A stretch of DNA of 37,207 nt from a virus. Lineage: Duplodnaviria; Caudoviricetes. The translations under genes and the position numbers were made by a program. A model generated the notes under the pieces. The model searched no databases. It worked only from the letters and a program-made list of their open reading frames with translations, and had not been told where the DNA came from. The stretch spans positions 1 through 37,207 of the IMG/VR virus record IMGVR_UViG_3300037484_000770. The stretch is one strand, 5' to 3'. Below, in pieces: positions 16,565-26,181 of this stretch. Numbering within the stretch: position 1 is the stretch's first letter; each line of letters opens with the position of its first letter.

Positions 16565-17122
16565 CTACGCGCCCCCCTGATCGTACTTGGCGATTGCCTC
16601 GTCGAGCACCCTTTGCAGCGACGCTAAGGCGCCTTCGCCGCCGCCGATGCCCTGCACTGCGGGTTCGAAGAACGGGCGGGGGGCAATGCGGAGGTGATAG
16701 GGCTTGATCGGCTTTCGTCCCCAGTCCACGCCCTCAGCCACTAGGGTCCGGCGGGCGCGCCGGCCACGACCCCGCACGTCGTAGACGTTCAATTCCCTTC
16801 GGCGCCGTCCGCGCGTCACCGTGGCATTGACGCCGCGTTCCATGAGGTGCGCGACACGGCCACCCGGCCAGACGGTGAGGCGCAGTGCGTCGGGATCCTC
16901 CCGGAACGTGCGCTGCTTCCCGCGCTCGCGCCCAAATGCGTATTGAATCTTGCGGGCCAATATCCCGCTCGCCCTGGGCGCGCGCGCCCGGGCATCCTCT
17001 ACGATGTATGTGCCAATCTCCTCTAGCCCTTCGCGGATCGCGTCGCGCACATACGGATCCGCCTCTGCGAACTTCTGGGCGATCTCCTTGTCGCCGATGA
17101 CGGTGGTCTTTACCTCGATCAT
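16565..17122 (-). CDS. HK97 gp10-like neck/tail-completion protein
   Basis: ARARAPRxSGxL...AHLMExG...RPFFxPA motifs. Confidence 0.8.
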   Translation of the reverse strand: MIEVKTTVIGDKEIAQKFAEADPYVRDAIREGLEEIGTYIVEDARARAPRASGILARKIQYAFGRERGKQRTFREDPDALRLTVWPGGRVAHLMERGVNATVTRGRRRRELNVYDVRGRGRRARRTLVAEGVDWGRKPIKPYHLRIAPRPFFEPAVQGIGGGEGALASLQRVLDEAIAKYDQGGA

Positions 17123-17988
17123 AGGCGCACCCGCTGGTACTTGGCGACAATACCGTTGATGAATGCGAGACTTCCTGGGTTCGCGAGGTAGGTAACCGCC
17201 TCGCCCCCTCCCGCCGACATCGCGATCCCCATGTGCCCGCGGTCCCGGAACCGGAGCGCGACGTGCTCGATCACCGCTTGCTCGAGATCGGTCGGGATGA
17301 CCGCGCCATTCGTGAACGAGTGCGCCGTGATTGCGACGTGGGACCCGGACGCGCTGATCCCGCTACCGCTCGCGTTCGCGCGCAGGGGCGTGACCGTCGC
17401 GACCGCGCCGGATGATGTCGCCGCGTAGACGTCGGAGATGGCGGCGGTCGCGCTGCCAGTGATAGCCGCGGCGAGGTTCACCGCCGACGCCGTCAGCGTC
17501 GCGCCGACGTTCCACTGGTTACCGGTGGCGCCAGCGGCTACGGCGGCAAACACCGTTCCGTCGATCGTTACCGATTCGGCCGCCGCGAGGCCCGTGGAGA
17601 GGGTGATTACCGCGCCGCCGTACCCGGCGACGTAGGAGACGGAGACATTGCGCAGGCCGTAGGTGTAGGAGTAGCCGAGCAGCTCGACTCGATCCCCGGC
17701 CAGCTCCCACCCGTCGTCGTCGTAGTCCGCGCGCTCCGCGATTGCGTCGTCGCCGATCGTGACGCCCGAGACGTAGAGCACTGGATAGCTGGCGAGGCTG
17801 AGGCCGGCCCTACCGTTACCGTTGACAGTATCCGTGTACTCCTTGGCGAGCAGATCGCGGCCCGTCTCCGAGCGGATCCAGTCCGACGAAGACGTGATCA
17901 GCTCGGCGAGAACCGTGTCCGCGCCGATCTCTGACAGCACTAGATAGCGCTTTACTTTCTCGATCGTCGTGAGGTCGCCAGCCGCCAA
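17119..17988 (-). CDS. Head-tail connector (gp6-like) with inserted domain
   Basis: DLTTxxxVKxYL...YPV...YxAGY and PxDLEQAVIE motifs, split by an insert of about 105 aa. Confidence 0.8.
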   Translation of the reverse strand: MAAGDLTTIEKVKRYLVLSEIGADTVLAELITSSSDWIRSETGRDLLAKEYTDTVNGNGRAGLSLASYPVLYVSGVTIGDDAIAERADYDDDGWELAGDRVELLGYSYTYGLRNVSVSYVAGYGGAVITLSTGLAAAESVTIDGTVFAAVAAGATGNQWNVGATLTASAVNLAAAITGSATAAISDVYAATSSGAVATVTPLRANASGSGISASGSHVAITAHSFTNGAVIPTDLEQAVIEHVALRFRDRGHMGIAMSAGGGEAVTYLANPGSLAFINGIVAKYQRVRL

Positions 17989-18045
17989 GGTTCCTCCGAG
18001 AGTGAAGCCGGGGAGGCGTCTACCTCCCCGGCTCCGGGGTTTCCG

Positions 18046-18498
18046 TTAGCTCACGTGCGTCCGATCGAGCACGAGGGCAGTGCAGCCAGCGAGGATCGAC
18101 GTGGTGCCGGCCCCGTTCGAGGTGAGCCCGAGCGAGTAGTACTTGGTGAGATCGCTCACCGCGGAGAGGTCGATCTCGGTCGTGTAGGCCGTGTCGCCCG
18201 CCGGCGTCGCCCACTCCGTCACGGTGCTGGCGATCTCGGCGCCGCTCGTGCCGTTCGCATCCGTGGCGGATCCGAACAGAGCCACCTTGAGCGCCGTGGG
18301 CGTGCCGGTGAGCCCGGCCGTTTCCACGATGACGAGAAGCTTGCGCCCCTCGGGCAGCGAAGAGCCCAGCACCCAATCGCCGGTGCCGGCATTGACGGCG
18401 GTGCCGTAGACGCCGGCCCCGTCGTCGATCGCCTGGGGAGCGACATTGAACTGCGTCGCCGAGACGAGCGGCAGGTCGTTCTTGTACGTGAAAGCCAT
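18046..18498 (-). CDS. Head decoration/cement-like protein
   Basis: AAGGA RBS; immediately after the capsid gene; beta-rich. Confidence 0.6.
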   Translation of the reverse strand: MAFTYKNDLPLVSATQFNVAPQAIDDGAGVYGTAVNAGTGDWVLGSSLPEGRKLLVIVETAGLTGTPTALKVALFGSATDANGTSGAEIASTVTEWATPAGDTAYTTEIDLSAVSDLTKYYSLGLTSNGAGTTSILAGCTALVLDRTHVS

Positions 18499-18528
18499 TT
18501 GTCAGTTCCTTTCCGTCACGGGGGCCGA

Positions 18529-19875
18529 TTACGACCTGGCCGCGAGCACGCAGAGGTTGGAGGTGTAGTTGGTGGCATCAGCGCGGAGGACCGTGCCGGC
18601 CAGCGTCGGCGCGCCGCCCATACGCAGCGTCGCGCGGAAGCAGGTCAGGTCCTGGTCGAATCCGAATTCCAGGGAGACCGCCTGCTGAACGCCGCCCGCC
18701 TCGAAGGCGAGCACATAGCCCTCAGGGGACGCGCGGATGATGTCACCCGCGGTGTTGTAGGGCTTCGCGGCCTCGGAGACGAACAGCGGCTCACCGAGGA
18801 GAGCGCCCGTCGGCGACTGCCGAGCGTCCATCACGTACAGCGGATAGCCCGCCGTAGCGTCGCTCTTGAGGCTCCAGAGCTGGGCCCGAACGAGCGGATG
18901 CGTGATCCAGAACGAACCCGAGCCGATGCCGGACGCGGCGAGGACGAACAGGTCCTCTGCGCCAAGAACCGTGGTGCTCGAGCTGATGTCGGACGACACG
19001 GAGAGAAGGCCGGGGGCATTGAGAATGCCGAGCGGCTCATCCATGCCGGTGCCGTTGACAACGTAGTTCTCGACCTTCCAACGGATCTTCTGAGCCATCT
19101 TCCGCTGGACGTAGGACGACAAGAAGGGGATGTCCCGAAGGCTCTCGTTCGAGACCGGGACCATCGACTTCACGTTGTGCATCACGATGTTGATCTTCTT
19201 GACGGCCGGTTTGCTCGCCGTGATCGCGCTGCCCTCGGCGGTCTTCGTTGCCGTGACACCCGAGCTGCTCCAGTACGGGTCCTCGTCGGCCGGAACCGTG
19301 ATCAGGTTCGAGTTGGTCACGACCGGATTGAGTGCCCGGATGAACGAATCGGGCGGCATCACAAGCTCCATGATGCCCTGGGTGAACTGGGGCGGAACGA
19401 GATAGCCCCCATCACCGCCGACGGATTCCCCACCGAAGGTGGAGATCGTGTTGACCCGCAGGCGCGGATCGACGCGGCCCGAGGTCTTCGCCTCGCGGAC
19501 CTTGAGCAAATACTCGCCGAACCCCATCTTGAAGCCGTGGTGCGGCTGGACGTTGGGGACCTGCGTTCCGCCCGAGACGGCCGCTCCGTAAGGCACGGGG
19601 AACGGCGTGGACGACTGCGCTGCCGCCGTCTGCGGAAGCTCCACCACTCCCGCAACCCTCGGCTGCGGCTGGGCGAGTTCAGCCTCGATCCCTTCGACAT
19701 ACTCGAAGTTCGCGATGCTCTGCCCGAGCGTCTTGTATTCATCGCGCAGGGCCTGGAACTTCGTGTTTTCCTCGTCGCTCATGGCGCGGTCTTCGGCCTG
19801 CACTGCCGCCGTCGTGGAGGCCATCTCATTGGCCACCTGCGCGCGCCTCTGGCGCAGAGATTCGATCGGAGTCAT
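18529..19875 (-). CDS. Major capsid protein (HK97 fold)
   Basis: N-terminal coiled-coil delta domain; DGGYLVP, SNESLRD, GTGxxEPLGIL, FxQDxxxFR motifs. Confidence 0.95.
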   Translation of the reverse strand: MTPIESLRQRRAQVANEMASTTAAVQAEDRAMSDEENTKFQALRDEYKTLGQSIANFEYVEGIEAELAQPQPRVAGVVELPQTAAAQSSTPFPVPYGAAVSGGTQVPNVQPHHGFKMGFGEYLLKVREAKTSGRVDPRLRVNTISTFGGESVGGDGGYLVPPQFTQGIMELVMPPDSFIRALNPVVTNSNLITVPADEDPYWSSSGVTATKTAEGSAITASKPAVKKINIVMHNVKSMVPVSNESLRDIPFLSSYVQRKMAQKIRWKVENYVVNGTGMDEPLGILNAPGLLSVSSDISSSTTVLGAEDLFVLAASGIGSGSFWITHPLVRAQLWSLKSDATAGYPLYVMDARQSPTGALLGEPLFVSEAAKPYNTAGDIIRASPEGYVLAFEAGGVQQAVSLEFGFDQDLTCFRATLRMGGAPTLAGTVLRADATNYTSNLCVLAARS

Positions 19876-20723
19876 TTCGCTTGCTCCTGCCGGGTATCCG
19901 GCTTTGCTGCGTTGCTCTTTCCCGGCTCGCCGGGCTTGCTGGCGGGGCTCGCCCCGCCGAATCGTTGATGGATGTCCGCGTACTCCGCTAACGCCCGAGC
20001 CACGAGTTCATCGGGCGTCAGGGCGCGCGCTGCGCGATCGTCCATCTTCTTTTTCTTCTTCTCGGGCTCCATGTCCGGATCCATTTCGTCGGGATCCATC
20101 GTGGCGATCTCGTCCGTGAAGCCGCGCGCCTTCGCCTCTGCTGCGGTCATCCACGTTTCGGCCGCCATCCACGCCGAGAGGTCCGAGATTGATTGCCCCG
20201 TCTCCGTTACGTATACGTCGAGGAGCGTCTCGCGGATCTTGCGGAGCGAGGCAACCATCTTGCGTGCGTCATCCTCGATCTCGTCCGCGTCACCGAACGA
20301 GAAGACCCCGCCCATCGGTTCGTGAATCATCCACATTGACCCCTCGCCCGTGATGACTCGATCGCCCGCGAGTGCAATTACCGAAGCGATTGATGCGGCA
20401 ATGCCGTCCACGTAGACGGTCTTCTTGCCGTCGAAGGCGCGAATCGCGTTGAAGATCGCGATGCCGTCAAAGACGAAGCCGCCTGGCGATGAGATGTGCA
20501 CTTCTAGTTCATCCGCGCCCTTCGCCTCCGCTATGGCCTTGACGACGTCCATCGGATCGATGCCGGTTCCGCTCCACGGATCCTTACCGATGGCGTCGAA
20601 GAGGTAGAGGAGGGCCTTCTTGTCTTTCGTGGCTGCGGCGAAGGGCTTGCCCACGGGAGACGGAGCGCGGGCCGCAATCTCTTTCGCCTTCGCAAACCAG
20701 GGCGGCGGGGTAGGCCTGATCAT
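19872..20723 (-). CDS. ClpP-family head maturation protease
   Basis: HISSPGG, DGIAASIASVIA, MIHEP, ETWMTAxEAxxxGFxD motifs; GGAGG RBS before ATG 20723. Confidence 0.92.
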   Translation of the reverse strand: MIRPTPPPWFAKAKEIAARAPSPVGKPFAAATKDKKALLYLFDAIGKDPWSGTGIDPMDVVKAIAEAKGADELEVHISSPGGFVFDGIAIFNAIRAFDGKKTVYVDGIAASIASVIALAGDRVITGEGSMWMIHEPMGGVFSFGDADEIEDDARKMVASLRKIRETLLDVYVTETGQSISDLSAWMAAETWMTAAEAKARGFTDEIATMDPDEMDPDMEPEKKKKKMDDRAARALTPDELVARALAEYADIHQRFGGASPASKPGEPGKSNAAKPDTRQEQAK

Positions 20724-20725
20724 GG

Positions 20726-21640
20726 CTACACCTCCCGCCAATCGACGGACACGACGCCTTGCCAGGTCCCCGTAGCTGGCACCGTCGCGCGAATGACGAA
20801 GCCCTCGTTGGCCGCCAGCACGATCGGATCCTCGTGGTGCCGGTCCGGGTCCCAGAGCACGCCGTCCGCCGTCGAGAGGTGAACGGTGTTCGTCGCCGCG
20901 GAGACGGCGAATTGAGCCGCCCCGAACGCCTGATCGTCGAGCGTGCGCGTGCCTGCCGTGAGCGTCGCCGTGGTGGAGAGCAGCGCCAAGGACAGGAGCG
21001 TGGTGTCCGTGCCCGTCCTGCGCTTGGCGTTGTTCGTCGTGAGGACGAGGCCGCCGGTCGGCGGCGACACGCCCGGGGCAACGTTGCCGTCGGGCGTCGC
21101 GCCCGTATCGACGAAGGTGGACGCTGCGTCGTCGTAGTAGAGATTCTGCTCGCCCGTCGCCGTCCCGCGGTAGACCCGATAGCCCGTAGCGCCCGACACG
21201 GCGCCGTACGTGACCGTTACGGATCCGGTGGCCCCGACGATCGTGGCCGCGCTCGACTCGGCGGACGCCACCGACTCGCCCCAGGGACCGATCGCCGAGA
21301 CCTTGTAGTAGTAGTCCCCCGCCGTCAGGGTCCCGCCCGTCTCCGCCGCCACCGCCGACGTCATGGCCGGAGCCGAAACGCCGCCGTAGTCCGTGGCGGT
21401 GTAGGACCGCGCCATGACGGCATCGATGTATCCGACGCCCGCGGTGAACCCCGTTCCAAGGGAGGCGACCGAGGCGGTGATCCGGTCGATCAGCGCCAGC
21501 GCGCCAACGGTCGCGGTTGCCCAGCGGAACGAGAAGATCGGCGCCGCAGCGGCGAGGGCGGCCGCCATCGTCCCTGTCTTGCCCACGATCGAGTAGGCGC
21601 CGCGCTCCTTGTGCTGACTCATGATCGTCCCGATGCTCAT
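20726..21640 (-). CDS. Putative structural protein with FN3/Ig-like insertion
   Basis: Internal GGTLxAGxYYYKVSA...GES...VTVTYxAVxGATGYxVYRGT module; coupled to the portal stop. Confidence 0.75.
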   Translation of the reverse strand: MSIGTIMSQHKERGAYSIVGKTGTMAAALAAAAPIFSFRWATATVGALALIDRITASVASLGTGFTAGVGYIDAVMARSYTATDYGGVSAPAMTSAVAAETGGTLTAGDYYYKVSAIGPWGESVASAESSAATIVGATGSVTVTYGAVSGATGYRVYRGTATGEQNLYYDDAASTFVDTGATPDGNVAPGVSPPTGGLVLTTNNAKRRTGTDTTLLSLALLSTTATLTAGTRTLDDQAFGAAQFAVSAATNTVHLSTADGVLWDPDRHHEDPIVLAANEGFVIRATVPATGTWQGVVSVDWREV

Positions 21641-23271
21641 GCCACGTCCCTCGCGTGTCCGATGAAGCGTTCCGCCGCCTTGTCTGGCGGCTCGCCTGCC
21701 TCGATTGCGTCAGAGAAGGGCCCGAGCTCCATACTCCCCGCATCTCCAACCCCGGCCCGTTTTGCAAGTGCCAGCACCGACGCGCAATCCTCGGTGAGCC
21801 GGGCGCGAAGCGAAGCCCGGTCGTCGTCGGTGACCACGCCGCGATGCTTTGCCCGGTGGTTCGCTATGCGGCGCTCGTGACGAGCGAAGGCATCCGAGAG
21901 TGTCGCTACGATGACGTCGCGCGCCGTGACCAGGGCGGCGTTCGTCGCCTTGCGCTCGGGCGCATCCTCTTCGTCGTCCTCTCGAGGTTCGCGCGGCGGC
22001 GGCAATGCAGGCGGAGGCGGTTCCGGTGGCCCCTCGATCGCGCGCTCCACCGTCTGCATGGTGGACTCAACGAGGTAGACGTCGCCCTCCGGGCCCACCG
22101 TGTTCCAGCCTTTGATCTCGCGGATCTCGTTCTGCGAGAGAACGCCCGCCTTCTTGTAGATCGTGAGGGCGTCGGCCTGAGTCTTGGCGTCCCCTTCCTT
22201 GTGCCGCGAGAGGTCGATCTTGGTCTCGCGCGTAGCGGGCCGCGGGGGCAGTAGCTTCCAGTCTGCTTCCTGCTCGCAACGCTCGGCCCAGGGGTGGAGG
22301 GCGTCGTTGATGAAGGACACACCCAGTTGCTCAATATTGGTCCCGTACCCCTGGGAGCCCTGCGGATCCATGAGCTTGTGGAGCGGGACGCCGAACCAGC
22401 GCGCAATATCGGGGATCGAGAACTGGCGCGTCTCGATCAGCTGCGCTTTCTCCGGCTCGACCCCCACGGGCGTCCACTTCATGCCGGGAGGAAGGACCGG
22501 GGACTTGAAGGCGTTTGCGGGCGAACTGTGCTTGTCCTTCCAGTCCTTCTCGAAGGCCTCCTTGACTGCCGGAGGGAGCATCTTCTCTTGCGTCCAGTAC
22601 CCCGACATGATCGTGCCGTTGCCGAAGTAGGCCGCCGCGAACTGCTGGGCCGCTGCCGCCGCGCCAATGGAACGAGAGGCGCGGGCTAGAACGTTGTCCC
22701 CGACGTAGCCGGACAGCGATGGGCCGCGAAGGTGATAGATGCGCCACGGCTCGGCCCAGACCGTTCCGCCCGTGATCTGCTGAATCTTGTAGGCCAGCTC
22801 CCCTGTCTGCGGATTGATCTCCGGACCGACGCGCTGCGGATCGAGATTCCAGAGCCACGCCACGCGCCCGGCGCGGTCGTACTGGATCTCCGCGTAGCCG
22901 TTGCCGTAGCCAAGCGCCGACCAAAGGAGCCCTTCACGAAACGCGATCGCCGTCGTCCACGGGTTCGCGCGAGTGTTGAGGATGTACGCCAGCGGATCGG
23001 TGCGCCGAAGCGTGCGCGTATCCTGAGCCCCGTCGACGTCATAGACGAGCCATGGACACGGCGCCATTGCGCGCACGATCGTGTCCATCGCGCACCACAC
23101 CGCCGACACCTTCAGGGCCTCGTCGGTCGTGAGGTACATCCCCGCTTCCATGGCGACGAGCCAGGGCGGGGCAAGCGACGTGTACGGATTGACGACCTGG
23201 ATCGTTCCAGCGTTACGGGGGCGACGTGGGGAACGGGTCCGCTTGGCCGCGGGGCGCTTGCGCCGGCTCAC
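21637..23271 (-). CDS. Portal protein (HK97 family)
   Basis: ALKVSAVWC, GNGYAEI, YFGNG, IARWFGVP, NEIR motifs. Confidence 0.95.
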   Translation of the reverse strand: MSRRKRPAAKRTRSPRRPRNAGTIQVVNPYTSLAPPWLVAMEAGMYLTTDEALKVSAVWCAMDTIVRAMAPCPWLVYDVDGAQDTRTLRRTDPLAYILNTRANPWTTAIAFREGLLWSALGYGNGYAEIQYDRAGRVAWLWNLDPQRVGPEINPQTGELAYKIQQITGGTVWAEPWRIYHLRGPSLSGYVGDNVLARASRSIGAAAAAQQFAAAYFGNGTIMSGYWTQEKMLPPAVKEAFEKDWKDKHSSPANAFKSPVLPPGMKWTPVGVEPEKAQLIETRQFSIPDIARWFGVPLHKLMDPQGSQGYGTNIEQLGVSFINDALHPWAERCEQEADWKLLPPRPATRETKIDLSRHKEGDAKTQADALTIYKKAGVLSQNEIREIKGWNTVGPEGDVYLVESTMQTVERAIEGPPEPPPPALPPPREPREDDEEDAPERKATNAALVTARDVIVATLSDAFARHERRIANHRAKHRGVVTDDDRASLRARLTEDCASVLALAKRAGVGDAGSMELGPFSDAIEAGEPPDKAAERFIGHARDVA

Positions 23272-23275
23272 ACGA

Positions 23276-23305
23276 TCGCATCATATTTTTGGACCCGGCC
23301 GTCAA
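23276..23305 (-). promoter_or_regulatory. Putative late promoter copy C
   Basis: cacTTGAC-N17-tGATGCGa-4 nt-GTG(23271). Confidence 0.7.
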
Positions 23306-23309
23306 GTGC

Positions 23310-25082
23310 TTAGACCCAGGCGATCTCGGTGACGTTGGACCAGGCGTCGGAACCCACCACGAGGGCCCGGCCGATCGCGTTCAGGATCGCCGACACCCCG
23401 TCGATATAGTTGGGCGACCCCTTGCCGCCCGCCTTGAGCGGGAAGACGTTTTCGTTAGCGTCTTCCTTCGCCTCGACGTTGCCAACGTTCCACAGGAGCA
23501 CCGGGTTTCCGTTGTGATGCGCGCGCCCCTCAAGGATCGCGTTGTTCAATTCCTTCATCGCGGGCGATAGAAACTGGGTCTTTTGTGGATATTCGGTAAA
23601 GGGGGCGCCGGGCGCCTCGTCCCCTACGAGCGTCAAGAGTTGCGTGATTAGATGGGGGTCGCACGGAATCTCGATCACGTTGAAGGCAGAGAGGTCGGCC
23701 AAGATTTCGTTCTTTGCCGGCGTGAAATCGGTCACCTCTTGGCCGGCGATCTCGACCCAACCGTCGGCTACCCATGAGGCGTAGGCGTCGGTCGGCGCCG
23801 CGTCGATAGCCCGCTTGTTTAGCCAGTAGCTCGGGAAGATGTAGTAATGCCGCTGAGTCTCTCCGTTCGCCGCTAACTCCGGGTCCTGATGCAGCAACTC
23901 CTTGACGAAGACGCGAGCCTTAGCCGTGAAGGCGCTTGTGCCCGCGAGATCGAGGCCATCGAAACACGGTACCCCCGCGAAGTCTTCGAGTTTGAGCGAC
24001 GGATCGGCGAGCGCCGCGAACCGGGTTGCGTCGAAGTATGCGATGGCCGCAGTGACCCATATATTCAGATGCTTCACGAGGTAGGCCGCCCGATGCGTCG
24101 CAAAGCGCTTCGCCTTCTCGGCGGCGGCGCGGAGGATCTCGGGCCGAACCGAGAGACCGAACATCGGATTCGCGGCGCGCTGCGCCTCCTCGCTATAGGG
24201 ATCGGCTCCCTCGGGGCATTCGTAGATGAGCGCGAATGTCAGATCGGCGGCGAAACCAGTCACCTCGCCCGTGAGCACCTGGCGGCAGAAGCGGTACATC
24301 TCGCGGCCGAATGAGGCGGAGTCCATGCCGGCCGTCGAGATGGACACAAGGATCGAGTTGGCGCGCTTGCCGAGCGCGGTCTTGATCACTTCATAGAGCG
24401 GGCGCTCGACCTCGTGGAGCTCGTCCATCGTGGCCCATGAAACATTGAGACCGTCAAGGCTCGTATCCTTGGAGGCGAGCCGGCGAAAGCTGGAGTTGGT
24501 CCCGGGCTGCACGAGGGCTGTCTTGTAGATCTCGATCCCGAGGCGTTCTTTCACTGCCGGACGAGCGCGAAGCATCGACGCCGCGTCGCCCCAGCAGATC
24601 CCTGCCTGCTCCTTCGTGGTCGCGAGAGAGAAAACGTCGGCCTGCCCGCCCTCGCCGAAGGCGGCATAGAGGGAGGCCATGGAGAGGATCGTTGACTTGT
24701 CGTTGCCGCGCGGCACCCAAGCGAGCGCCTCGCGGAACCGGCGAGCGCCGGTTCCTTTCACCCGCCAGCCGAAGACGGAAGCGACGAAGAAGCAGCCCCA
24801 CTCGTGCATCTCGTGATCTTGGCCCGCAAGGTCGCCCTTCACGTGCGGGAGCAGGTGACAGAACCGGAGCGCCTTGCTTGCCTCGCCCTCGTTGAACTCG
24901 TAGGCGAATGCCGGGTCGTCCTGGCGATCGAGATCGGCAAGGTGCCGACGCGCGGCGAGGCGGGTGATCTCGGCAACGTGGATCCGCCCCTCGGCGAGAT
25001 CGCGGATATAACGATTCGTCCGGGCTAGATGATTGTCGCGCTTGCGCGCAGTCCGAACCTCGGATTCGGCCCTCACTGGCAA
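23310..25082 (-). CDS. terL: Terminase large subunit
   Basis: RRFR...VPRGNDKS (Walker A variant), MDELH, ISTAG, GLDLA, IDGVSA motifs. Confidence 0.95.
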   Translation of the reverse strand: MPVRAESEVRTARKRDNHLARTNRYIRDLAEGRIHVAEITRLAARRHLADLDRQDDPAFAYEFNEGEASKALRFCHLLPHVKGDLAGQDHEMHEWGCFFVASVFGWRVKGTGARRFREALAWVPRGNDKSTILSMASLYAAFGEGGQADVFSLATTKEQAGICWGDAASMLRARPAVKERLGIEIYKTALVQPGTNSSFRRLASKDTSLDGLNVSWATMDELHEVERPLYEVIKTALGKRANSILVSISTAGMDSASFGREMYRFCRQVLTGEVTGFAADLTFALIYECPEGADPYSEEAQRAANPMFGLSVRPEILRAAAEKAKRFATHRAAYLVKHLNIWVTAAIAYFDATRFAALADPSLKLEDFAGVPCFDGLDLAGTSAFTAKARVFVKELLHQDPELAANGETQRHYYIFPSYWLNKRAIDAAPTDAYASWVADGWVEIAGQEVTDFTPAKNEILADLSAFNVIEIPCDPHLITQLLTLVGDEAPGAPFTEYPQKTQFLSPAMKELNNAILEGRAHHNGNPVLLWNVGNVEAKEDANENVFPLKAGGKGSPNYIDGVSAILNAIGRALVVGSDAWSNVTEIAWV

Positions 25083-25582
25083 AACTCCGCCAAGGGATCC
25101 TCTTCGGTTGCCGGTGCCGCCAGTTGCGAGGCTCGCGACTTGTCTGCCGGCGTGAGGCCGAAGCGCGTCAGCCAGTAGGCCAGAAGCTTATCGTACTGGG
25201 CAATGATCCGCAGTTCGGCGCGCGGCTGGTACGATGTACCGGACTTGGTAGTGACCTCGTCGACAAGCCTGGGGTGTCCATCAATCGCGTCGTCGTAGAG
25301 CGCGCGATATGCCTCGATGATGACCGCGTGCACCTGGACGAGCTGCTCGAGCGCCGGGAGATCCGCTTCCGTGACCACCCGCCGCGGGTCAAGAACCTTC
25401 GCCCATGCGGCCCAGATCCGCTTGCCCGGCGCGGGTAGATGTTCCGGCGGCGCCGGGATCTGCACCGGGGGCGAGGATGGCTCATCGGCATTGCTGCGGT
25501 CGGCCCGAAAGGTGCCGGCAAGCTTCTTCGCCTGAGTGGGCTTGCGTGGTCGGCCCGCGTTGGCGGCGGATAGGACGCTCAT
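25073..25582 (-). CDS. terS: Terminase small subunit (P27 family)
   Basis: GRPRKPT...GT, PPxHL...W, FGLTPADxxR motifs. Confidence 0.92.
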   Translation of the reverse strand: MSVLSAANAGRPRKPTQAKKLAGTFRADRSNADEPSSPPVQIPAPPEHLPAPGKRIWAAWAKVLDPRRVVTEADLPALEQLVQVHAVIIEAYRALYDDAIDGHPRLVDEVTTKSGTSYQPRAELRIIAQYDKLLAYWLTRFGLTPADKSRASQLAAPATEEDPLAEFCQ

Positions 25583-25805
25583 GGCTGGCTTTCTTACCGA
25601 TTACCCCACGCGCAGATTTTGCCGGCGCGATTTCCGACCTTACGCCCGGGTTTCAGGCACTCCGTTGATATGATTGAACTTTTCCATTTCGCAACGCTAA
25701 GTACGCGTAATCACTAGCTGGAGTTCTTACAGTGTTGCGCCCTTCGGGGTAGCCCGTCTGTGGCCACGTGTCCAATAGTACACGCCCCGACTGCGCCACG
25801 GCGGG

Positions 25806-26174
25806 TCATATTCCACCGGCCCTGTGACCCGGCCCCTCACGGGACGTCTTCCTCCCGTGGTGCGAGCGGCAGAGTGATTGGAGGTTGCTGGGAGCGAGCC
25901 GCAGAGCGTCATCGCCACGATGTGGCGTGACGTGATCCACTATCTCGGCGGGCGCGTACCTACCCCGTGCTAGGCACTGCACGCACCAAGGGTGAGCGGC
26001 TGCGTGTGCTCGGCGCAGGGTCCGCCACCTCGCGTCGTTGCCGCGCTGGTGGCTGGTGCCCCGGTACTGCGCGTCCTCGTGCTGCGCCTGCGCCTCGTGC
26101 TTAGGGCATCGGCCTTTGCGTACGAGCGCCCCACAACCAACGTGACTACAGGGCCTCAATGGTCGTAGCGCCAT
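25806..26174 (-). CDS. Terminase-associated HNH endonuclease
   Basis: PCxxxGC...CxxH, HPWCxxC...VDHxxPHRGD...NLQSLCxxHHxxKT; AGGAG RBS; upstream of terS. Confidence 0.9.
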   Translation of the reverse strand: MALRPLRPCSHVGCGALVRKGRCPKHEAQAQHEDAQYRGTSHQRGNDARWRTLRRAHAAAHPWCVQCLARGRYAPAEIVDHVTPHRGDDALRLAPSNLQSLCRSHHGRKTSREGPGHRAGGI

Positions 26175-26181
26175 GGTGCTC

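Noticed and set aside
18055-19968. Long + strand ORFs antisense to structural genes (637 aa here, also 6767..8149 and 20759..21880)
   Set aside because: Shadow ORFs from high-GC codon bias, opposite well-supported genes.
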